From assembly GCF_009914755.1 (NCBI RefSeq), contig NC_060925.1: a DNA stretch of 64,000 bases, one strand, 5' to 3'. This document shows positions 28,094 through 39,159 of the stretch, in pieces (the stretch's first letter is position 1; the number at the start of each line of letters is the position of its first letter). The translations under genes were made by a program, and so were the position numbers. The notes below the pieces were generated by a model. It ran no database searches and was not told the DNA's origin. It was given only the letters and a program-made list of their open reading frames with translations. The DNA comes from the human T2T-CHM13v2.0 reference genome, Homo sapiens.

Positions 28094-28250
28094 ATATCCT
28101 TTTCATCTTGCAGATGAAGCAAGGCAAAGTTATTTTATAAAAGAGAGTCTTTAAAGGGTAGTTTTTCATGCCTCAGAAGATGGCAACAAATAGATGCTGC
28201 CGTTATTTATAGCACAGAGCACCTCAGATCTCTGAGATTATCAGGTATGA

Positions 28251-28613
<363 letters not shown>

Positions 28614-29333
28614 TAAATCCAACCACTAACAATTAAGTTCAGACATGCACACGAGGAAGCCAAAGAAAATGCAGTTTCAAGTGAGTGTAAATCCAGCTCT
28701 GTGTGGCCCTGGTGAAGGAAAACAGTTGACTGGCTCGTTTTCCTACGAGCTTTTTCAATACCAAGCGTCCTAAATCCACCTCTGAATTTCTTTATCTAGC
28801 AACTCTACCTAGTAATGGGCAGTACAGTAACAAAGCAAACAGGACTTTAGATTATTTCCTTTCAACTTCTAACCATATACACATGGTTGAACTCAATTTA
28901 GTCCTTTCTGCTTCCCGGTGATAGAATTTCTTGCACCAGACTTAATATCCTTGGTGTCACACCTACAAACACCTTCATCAAAACTAGCTGCTAGTGAGCA
29001 AGATGGCCTGAGAACATACTGGCTTAGGTATGCATCCGTATGAAGCACTCCATTCTGTGTTGATCTGTGGACGCAGTTTGTCACTGGTTAGTTCTGCTGA
29101 GAGCAAATGGGTGGGTACCCAGTGGATGAAGGGATATGCAGCCCTATATCCTTTCAGTTATTTAATCACAAGTTGACACTTCTCTAGCTAAAAACACTTC
29201 CCTATTCATTCATCTTTCTATTCAGTAGAATGTCTTTTATTAGATGCGTTTGTGGCAAATTTAGCTATTTTGGTCTTTGCTTGTCATTGCTGTCTTACTT
29301 TTTAGAATTCCAGTTTTTACCATACTTTATGGG

Positions 29334-29334
<1 letters not shown>

Positions 29335-29371
<37 letters not shown>
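29335..29371. repeat. (TG)n microsatellite
   Basis: About 18 TG units. Confidence 0.97.
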
Positions 29372-29374
<3 letters not shown>

Positions 29375-32372
29375 AGTAGCTTTGAATGGCCAAGGATTAA
29401 TCTTAGTCATAAATACTCAGATCTGTGATTTAATGATAGAGCCAATGCTACACTTCCTTCCTTGTTATAACTTTACATTTTTGACCTTGTTTATTAAGCT
29501 GGGCAGAAAATTTCTTCAACTTAATCTGCAATGATTTTCACATTGCTTTAGGTAGATTTTGAAAAGCAGATATTCTGTTCTTCATAATTTCCTGCCTCTT
29601 AAAAATCTTGTATTTAAGCTATTATCAGAAAGTTTCCCAAAGAAGCATACAAACATAGAATAAGGATGGCGTTTTTATTTATTCCATGTTCATGGGATCA
29701 CAAATCTTTGAGCACGTGTAAGGGGGTATGGCTTCCAGCAAATGGGCAGGTGATGGGGCACAGAGGAGGAGTCCGCTGCAGAGAGTCAATGGATATGAAG
29801 GGGTTCCCGTTCCCCAGCTCAGCAGATGGGCAGTTCCTAAGTGGGTTGTACCTCTGTCTTCAGGTAGCAGTTCTGAGGGCTGCAGTCAGGGTTCTGTACT
29901 GGTCTCTTATTGTGAAATTTTCTAAAAGGTTAGTTTGATTCTGGGGAATTGGATCTTATTTTTACTAGAGCTGGGGAGGCAGCTCTAGTAAAGACCCCTG
30001 AAAAACAAGGGGTTAAGCAGTATTTAAACAAGATCCTTTTAGTTTTTCCACAGCTGATCCAAGCCAGATTTAATAGCAGCGGGATCATGGACAAGTGATA
30101 ATGCCTCTTTAAGCATTAGGGTTCCCATCTGTAATGTCAGGATAACATACACCTCTAAGGTTTTTATGGGGGTTAAATAAGGCTATATTCATAATGTACA
30201 TTTAATATAGCCATGGGTAAGTGCATGATTTTAGGTAGAAAAGTGTTATCCAAGTCCATTTGTCTCACAGTTCTTAGTATATTAGTCACAAGCTCCAAGA
30301 ACATCCCATTTATACACAAAAAGTTTCAAGGTAGATTGATTCAACTATTTTGTAATAAATGCTTGAAGGAATCAATCAGTAACTCCACAGTGGCTTAGAT
30401 GAAAAGTCATTTAATTATAATAAAACTTCTATAAATGGATAGGGATTATTATCCCTACTTGACAGTCGAAAAAAACAAGGCTTGGGAACAACTTGGCTGA
30501 CACAAGGTCATTTCTGATGAGTAGCAGAACTTTTCAGCCACAAGCCCCATGGTCCTATTAGGCCCATCAGAAAGCAGCCATTGCCTATAAGTAAATGGAC
30601 AGGTCTGTTCCATGGAACACACAATTACTTTAAATTTTTAAGCTATAATAAAAGTATTTCACTGATGTTATGTTTTTTGAGAATTTCACTGATCTCTGTT
30701 GTGATAAGCGGAGAAGCACTGGTTTAGGTACTGAAGTCAGCTCTCTCCCTCCCTCCAATAAAATCTACACCACGATATGGATTTCAACCCAGACTTTTCT
30801 TCGAATCCCAGTCTTCTGTCACTGATTGAGAATAAATACACAGAAGGTGTCTTTGAATTCATACAAAGCAGCACTTAAATTTGAGTGGAACATTATGCCC
30901 TAAGATAGAAAGACATGTTTACAAGGCTCTACGGAGGCTCCCCTACACAAACCAAAGCCGTTGTTTCAAATTAGAGCTTATCTAGAGATTCAGAGAGGCT
31001 GCCAGAATCCTCCAGCCAAACTCTGACTGGTTTGTATTTCCATGTTTGATCAAAGATACAATGCTGAGTGTGGCTGAAAGAAACAGCTTGTTGTCAACAA
31101 TACAGAAGGATTGCACAGTGAGTGCAGTGTTTTGTTTGATTCCATTAAGCATGCTGCCAGAGCCTACTGTGCATGTGAGGTACCCAATTAATCTAAGTCC
31201 ACATTGGAATGTGATTAATGTAAGCCCACATTGGACGTCCACGTCTGAAAGATTCAAGCCACAGATGCTACCATGGATGTTTATTCTTTGTGTGGAAAAC
31301 ACTCAGTTTTTGCATAAACCATGTGTGTACATAAGGGCTATTAGTGTGGCATCAACAGAGGTTAGGGGTGGGCAGTGGGACTGAGTTTCCAAATAGGTCC
31401 TTGTGGCCTCCTGATTTAATATCCGAGTTATGGGCAGCCTCATGGGTGTCTCCTACTTTTATTAAGAAGACACTGATTGACCAATCCAAGGAGGGAGAGG
31501 AAAGAGCCTTTGCCTCTTCATCGTCCTGACAGGCTCACCAAATTACATGTAGCATGACCAAAGAACAACACAAACCCATCAGCTACTGTGGCAGCGAGTG
31601 TCTGAAAACAGTCTGCACCATTAATTGGGAGAGCTGGTGGTGGAGAGGTGGCTCACGCCTAGTGCCTGAGAAGGGGACAGGAGGTGTGACTTCACGGCCA
31701 GTCAAGTCGGGACTTCCAGGAGCATTAGTGTGAGTCTCTAGTGCATTTTCACAGTCATCTGGGGTCCTAATTAGCAGTATGTTTTGAAAAACATTTTGAC
31801 TGTGTGCAAGGTCTCCTCCACGCTCAAAATATTGTAACCAAAAGCCTTCCAAATTAAGGTGGATTTTTAAGCAGGAATTTTCTCATTTTCTTCCTCCTTC
31901 AATTTCTACAACACACTTTCAAAGGAAAAGAAGTACACCTGTGATATGTACATTTTTGGCATATTTCAAAGCCCTCAGGGCAGTTCTGCCTGGCCCTCAG
32001 TCATAGACGAGGTAGAGACACTCTGATTCTATTTGTGGTTGTATTTACATCCATGTCTGGGAAGCCCTTATGGAATTCTGTTTCTCTGCTTATTTGGAGT
32101 GCATGGTGCCCAATTGTTTAGTTTTGGTGGTGCTTGAGGGCATGCTCTAAATACATCCAGGTTTGTGCACAAATACCACAGCTCCGTAGGACCCTTGTTT
32201 AGTTCAACTTTCCAAATTTTAGCGTGAACAGACAAAGGTAACGAGAGTTTTGGGAGACTGTCCTGCCTCCTTGGAGATGTTTTCCACTTCTAGAGCTGAG
32301 GGGCTGGAAGAGGGATCATGAGGATCATGGAGCTCCACTCATGTAGTTTATAGATAAGAAAATCCAGAGCCT

Positions 32373-32650
32373 GGCCAGGTGCGGTGGCTTACATCTTAAT
32401 CCCGGCACTTTGGGAGGCTGAGGTGGATGGATTGTTTGAGACCAGGAGTTTGAGACCAGCCTAGGCAACATGGCAAAACCCTGTCTCTATTAAAAATACA
32501 AAAATTAACTGGGCGTGATGGTGCACACCTGTAGTCCCAGCTACTCCAGAGGCGTGAGAATTGCTTGAACCCAGGAGGTGGAGGTCGCAGTGAGCTGAGA
32601 CTGCACACTACTACACTCCAGCCTGGGCAACAAAGTAAGACACTGCCAAA
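32373..32650 (+). mobile_element. Alu (J/S-like) with tail expanded into a purine microsatellite
   Basis: Alu body runs directly into the (GAAG/GGAA)n tract. Confidence 0.92.
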
Positions 32651-33085
32651 GAAGGAGGGAGGGAAGGAAGGAAGGAAGGAGGGAGAGAGGAGAGAGAGAG
32701 AGAGAACAGGAAGGAAGGAAGGGAGAAAGGAGAGAGAGAGAAAGAGAGGAAGGAAGGAAGGGAGAAAGAGAGAGAGAAAGAGAGGAAGGAAGGAAGGAGA
32801 AAGAAAGATAAAGAAAGAAAAAGAAAGAAAAGAGGAAGGAAGGAAGGAGAGAGGGAAGGAGAGAAAAGGAAAGGAAAAGGAAAAGAGGAAAGAAAAGGAA
32901 AGGGAAGGGAGAGGGAAAGGAGAAGGGAAAGGAAGAGAAGGGAAGAAGGGAAGGGAGAAGAGACAAGGGAAAGGAGAAGGGAAAAGGGAAAGGAGAAGGG
33001 AAGGGAGAAGGGAAGGGAGCAAAAGGGAAGGAAAGAAAGAAAGGAAAGGAAAGGAAAGAAAGAAAAGGAAAGGAAAGAAAGAAAA
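32648..33085. repeat. (GAAG/GAAA/GGAAA)n polypurine tract
   Basis: About 440 nt of almost pure A/G. Confidence 0.97.
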
Positions 33086-33513
33086 CCCAGAGCCTAAGAT
33101 GACAGTATCTAAAGCTTTGTGTGTGATGGGCTGGTGCAGATATAGTAGTCACAGTTCTTTCCTTAGGCTCTCACTTGGCTTTGGAGTGGGACGGGGAAGA
33201 GTTGGAGCCCCACAGTGGGTGGGGGAGGGCAAGGGCGTAGACACAGGGCTGTCCTGCTGCTGGCTGAGCACGAGGTGGGCTTGGCACAAGGTAGGCAACA
33301 CAGAGTTTCTGTGTACAAGCATCAAATCCTTTGAATCAATCTTGGGTATAGTCAAGGTTTTCCTCTTTGCTCTTGAAAGACTGTGATCCTCATGGCTTTT
33401 CCATGAGGATCTCCAGTACCAAATTCTCCAGCACTATGGGCTGTAGTGGCTACCCAGGAAGGAATGGTGGTAAGAAGAAATAATGTAGCAAAAGAGTAGC
33501 ACTTTCAAAGGAT

Positions 33514-33746
33514 AAGAGAGTCCCTTATCTGAAATGCTTGGGACTAGAAGTGTTTTGAAGTTCTGCTTTTTTTCAGATTGTGGAATATTTGCATTATACT
33601 TACCAGTGGAGCATACCAAATCCAAAAACCCAAAATCTGAAATGTTCCAATGAGCATTTCCTTTGAACATCACGTCAGTGCTCAGAAGGTTTTGGATTCT
33701 GGAGCATTTCAGATTTTGGATTTGGGGATTTGGGATGCTCAACTTG
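33514..33746 (-). mobile_element. Tigger4a/MER46-like (TcMar-Tigger) MITE
   Basis: Terminal inverted motifs gagtcccttatctgaaat... / ...ttgggatgctcaac; internal gagcatttcctttgaacatcacgtcagtgctca. Confidence 0.85.
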
Positions 33747-34639
33747 TTCTATTGTTTCTTTTTGAATCAAACTAGGTCAGATGAACCGAAGACCTAAATT
33801 TGACTAAGCCATTGAAATGCTTACTTGGACACTTCATTAACAGTAAAACACTCAATTGTTTTCTTATAAAAACAGAAGACTCCATCTAAAGAATTCCAGG
33901 ATCTTTTGCAAATGGTACCCCAAATGACAATATTGCCTTATCATCTATTCCTGAATGCACCTGTCCTGCTGTCTTACTCCTTTGCTAATTGCAAACACAG
34001 ACATTTTAACAAGTTACATGCTTACCTACCATGTGGATAGTCTATTCCAAGGAGGTACAGAATGGCCTTGGGTTCCAAAGGTGTTTTAAAGATGTTAGGA
34101 TGTTCATCCCTGCGACGTTGTTATAATGAATCTGCTAATTTTCTTAGATACCACAGGTACTTGGTGGCATATCTGTTATGGGGGGCAGATACTTAGCTAC
34201 TCAGGTCCCTAAGGCACAGGCTTCATAAGAATTATTCTGCTTTTTTGAGGCCTATTCTTGCAATTAGGTGCAGTTAGCACCTCTATTCTAGTTTTGAAAT
34301 TTGCCTAAATTGTCAATAGTTTTGGAATTTGCCTAAAATTTCTATTTGCCTAAAATTCCAATTGTTTTTCAGCTCTTTGACAACAATTAAGGTCAAGGTC
34401 AAGTGTTTCAATGGGCTTCAACTATGAGCTTATTGGATTAGTGATCAGAAAATCTGATTATAGCTACTACTTAGCCTTAAGATCTTGCTTAGATGTATCA
34501 AATGAGATAGTTTATTTTTCTGTAAGTCAGTGAGAAAATGTTGTAAAACACTTTTTTTTAATTTATGGTTCAATATGAATGCCAGACTTATATCTGTTTT
34601 CTACTCAGCATCTTCTCTTGGCTAATAAGCTTGTCCAAC

Positions 34640-35240
34640 TTACCCTGTCTAAAATCCAATTCCCTCCCTCCTCTACCAAAAACACCAAACGCTCATTCCT
34701 AGTCCTCTTCTTCTCAATAAAATACAGATGTGTTTTTCTAATTATTTGCTCAGATAAAAAATCAGGGAGTCCTTCTTAATGCCTTTTCCATTTTCCATAT
34801 CCCACATCCAGTCTGTCACCATATATATGCTCTTGGTTGTATCTGCAAAACACATCCAGAATCTAGCCACCTCTCCTACCTCCACTGCCACTGCCCTGTT
34901 CAAGCCATGATTGTTTCTTGCCTGAACTATTGCAGTGGTCTCCTAACTGGTCACTCTGTGCTTCCGCCCTTATCCTCTTTAATCCATTCTCAGCACAGCA
35001 GCCAAACTGACGATGTCACCCCTCTGCTCCAGGTCCTCCCACGGCTCCTCCCATCTCACTGTGAACACAGCACAGCTGGACATAACTACCAACATGGCGC
35101 CTGTTTACTTTCTGCTGCACTCATAGGTATTTATGCCATCTATGATGGCAGTGACTTTGATTCACTCCTGTGCTGCTGTGTCCATAACATTTGTTAACAC
35201 ACAGTAGAAACTCAGGAAACATTTGAATGTTTGAATGAGT
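34640..35240 (+). mobile_element. L2 fragment (3' end)
   Basis: Typical L2 motifs (ccacctctc..acctccactgcc, gcctgaactattgcagtggtctcctaactgg) ending in a tgaatgagtga-like tail. Confidence 0.7.
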
Positions 35241-36706
35241 GAAAGAAAGAGGATCTCTCTCTGCACTTTCATTTCTCCCAACTGCTTAACAGGGAAATGT
35301 TTCCAGTGGTTTATTTTATAAACATATTGATTTAAATATGAAAGCAATGCATTTCCATTGTGAATATCACAGAAGTATGGAAAATAAAGCTGTTTCCCTC
35401 CCAGTGCCTCTACCTAGAGGTCACTACTTTGTCCTCCTGAAGCCTTTTTCTAGAGCTATAAATGGCTTATCTCAATAGTCTTGTTTGCAAAATTAGGATC
35501 ATTCCATATAAATTATTCTACAATATGCTTTCCCCCACCCCATTCTGCATTTTTTTTTCTGGGGACTTTTCCATTTCAGTACATCCAAAATGCTTTGTAA
35601 CTCACATTTTGTAAGGGATCCTACAGGCAGGTTGGTTAGAGAGAAGTACTTTGCAAATAAAATGTGATTTTAATTATTATTTTGATGATTATTACCCCTA
35701 CAGGCTCATTAAATGAGGTTTCTAGGATTTCTGGTGTCTAACCCTGCTTTGACAGAGCCTAAGGTATTTGTTACATCTGTTATATTAAGAAATAAACCTT
35801 AAATCTCATGATGACTCACAAAAGACACTATACTCTCACAAGGAAAAAATATTTCTTTGAACCCTAACCCTATGAGGAAGGTACAAGATTCAGTATTTTA
35901 CAAGTAGAATAATTAAGCATTGATTGATTTGCTGAGCTTACCATAGCTAGGGAGTTATCTCCTCAAATGCTGGTTTTCTGACACCTTCTGTGTTAGCGAT
36001 TGTTGTATGAGCGGCTGATGTGTTAATTTAGTTATAGACTAACTTCATCCTTTGCTTTTGTAACTTCTCACTCCTTATTTTTAACCTTTTCAGTGGGTTC
36101 TGCCAGTTCCAGAAGATTTATCAGTTTTTAAAGAAACATCACATTTTGGTTCAAGTTCTCTCTCTAAAAACCTTTGTCATCATTTAGCACATTACAAATA
36201 GTGGCATGTAGTCCCAGGCTGCATGTCAAAGGTAATTAAATCTCAGGAGTTGGTCAGGATTCATAAACTGCTTAAGCTCCATGCCTGCTCTTCACAGATG
36301 TGGCATGACTTTGTGATTAAATTCCAGTTTGGTATTCAGTCTGGGACCACTTATGCTTTTGCTTGTATAAAGTGGTATATGTTTTCAATAAAGATTAGCG
36401 GAACTATGTAAGAAATGGAAGCAACCAAAGCCTCTTAAAAAAAAAAAAGAAAGAAAGGTAAATATTGGATTCTTTCCTCCCCTGATCACCCTCCTACCCA
36501 ACTCCCATTTTCCTCAAGTTCAAATGCAAGGAGAGAACCCTAGCAGTAAATGCATGTAAATTACGCAAATGATAGAGTCTGGGGAAGCTTCAAGAGGGTG
36601 AAAAACTGCCAGAACTTTTCAGGGTGGTTCAGCACGTTTGCTTAGAAGAGATTCATTTCCATCATTCCCAGGATCCTCTGGAGTTCCTTGTTCAAAAAAG
36701 AAAGGA

Positions 36707-37000
<294 letters not shown>

Positions 37001-38230
37001 AAGGGAAAGCTTTCCACAGTGGTTCGTAAGGGTGTCTTTTTCTCTTTTTGTTGCATTGACATTGCACTTTGGGAAAACCACATTGTAGTGTAGGTGGTCT
37101 GTAAACAGTCAGACTCCCTTTCCCAAAGCTCCCCATTCCCTCCATGTCTGATCTAGTACTGTTGTAGTGGTCTGGCTTCATGTGATGACTTCAGCATATT
37201 TAGGTGGTGTCAACATATTTCTACTTTCTCCCTTGGTCCCTGTTGGATGAAAGTGGATCAATTTGCTTGTTAAACCCAACGCTCACCCTGCATTTGCCTT
37301 AGAGTTGTTCTGACTACAAGTAAAAAGGGAAAGGATGAACTGGATGACGTATGGACAGAAAAACCACTGTTGGTTAAACATTCCCCTGCTTGAACACCCA
37401 GACGAGAACCCGTTTCTTAAGAGAACTACAGCCTTATCTATTACTGTTTGCTAAGTTCTCTATGATTGTTTTCTCCATGTGAGAAATAACTTTATAGGTT
37501 AGAAAACTAAGAGCCCAACAGCTTAAGAAAAGAAAAGAACCAACCAACCAACCCAGAAAAAGCAAGCTCTCTTTGCCCTTTGATGGACTCTATCAAGTCT
37601 TGAGTGCCCTTCCTAGTTCCTGGGAATATACTAACAGATAACAGCAGGTTAGAGCCTGGAGAGGTTTCAAAGTCATCATTTCAAGAGAAAACTGAGGCTT
37701 TAACTGGTTTGCATAGGGTGACAAGGCTGGTTAATGGTGAACAGAGACCATGTTAATAACTGAGTCTGCTCCAGTATGCCTCTCCCTACTTATGGCAACC
37801 CCAAATCCTGTATTTCTCAAGGAGATTTTGATTTCAAGCATTCTACCCTTTCCACTGTCAAGAGTATTTGCATCTGACAGTTGCCCCACCCCAACTTGGG
37901 GCTTAGCCGGAGTTATGGTCACGCCAACTGCATATCATTGAGCATCTGAGTTGACCATCTGTCTCTGCTAAGAGCTGACTCTTCCATTTCCTTTTTAAGA
38001 CCTGACTTGAGAGAGTCAATACCTCAGGCATTGTAGAAATTGCGGTCATTCTAAAATATAAAAGTGTAAAGTTTATATTAATATTTAATTCATACAATTG
38101 GAAAGAACTTTAAACTGCAATTAGGTGTCAGTACCCATCTGCTTCCAGCAGGCTCACACGCTCTTCAATCCCTCGGAGGCCGCAGAGGGCCACGATCACC
38201 TTCGAATGTGCTCCTTAACAATGTGCCCAC

Positions 38231-38370
38231 AGTCTCTCAGGAGGGAGCTCCAGATGGTGAAGGAAACTCTGCAGGCCATGATCCTGCAGCTCCAGCCAGC
38301 AAAGGAGGCGGGAGAAAGAGAAGCTGCAGCTTCCTGCATGACAGCTGGTGTCCACGAAGCACAAGCCTGA
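38231..38370 (+). CDS. DISC1: DISC1 terminal exon 13, coding part (Gln809-Ala854, TGA 38368-38370)
   Basis: Translation SLRRELQMVKETLQAMILQLQPAKEAGEREAAASCMTAGVHEAQA* matches the DISC1 C-terminus. Exon lengths of 265+118+140 nt are consistent with an 854-aa protein. Confidence 0.96.
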
Positions 38371-39159
38371 GGAGTGACGGGATGGGGGAGGGAGGTGGGC
38401 CACCATGTTTGGACCCGGGGGGCTGCTCTTCCCTCCCCCGCCATAGCTAAGATGCCTGAATCAATTACGGAGATACAGAGCCTTGAGGTCTTTCAGTGGA
38501 AAGGTGGTTCATGTTCATTCTCATCAGTGTGAAACTGAGGAGTCTGCAATTTGGAATATGGAGAGAGAGACTGATTTGCTGAATTTCCTTCTAAATGTCA
38601 CTCAAAAATTTCTTTTCCATGTCATTCTTGGGAATGTCTTCCACAGGATTTGAGAATAGTTTCATCTCAGCCCCCATTAGAGAGAAGTTGGGGTGAATTC
38701 TGGAAAAATGTCTCTTTTTCCTGTGCCATTTGCCTTCTGCTGCAACGAAAATATTTCCTGATTCAAGATTCTATAAAAAGGAAACCAAGCATAAGACTCT
38801 GTCATCATACCTGTTACACGTTCCTACAGGTGCACAATCTAAGAGAGCTAATTAACCTCAGAGTCTGGAGTTAACAGCTTTTCACCTTACTTCTCCTGTG
38901 ATCTAATATTATCTTAGAAAAATTAATATGCAATTTCCAAAAGATATTTTGGTAAGACAACAACCTCCCAGTGATATGCCACCTTTCAATTTTCCTTTTG
39001 TGGCAATGATTGCATCTGAAGAAAGGATCCCTGAGAGTCTCTGTTTCATCAGGACATTCTGAAATTTACCCACAGTGAGGCTGTGGATGGATCAGGGGAC
39101 CTGTATAAAATGTTTGAGCCTGTTCCATTTTCCCGTGGAACCTGTTTCACTCAATGCCA

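Noticed and set aside
28094-28140. Treating HILFILQMKQGKVIL as part of exon 12
   Set aside because: It lies within the U12 intron and would be translated only on retention.
32396-33386. Long ORFs (203-273 aa) on both strands
   Set aside because: They are translations of an Alu plus the purine microsatellite: low complexity, with no splice context.
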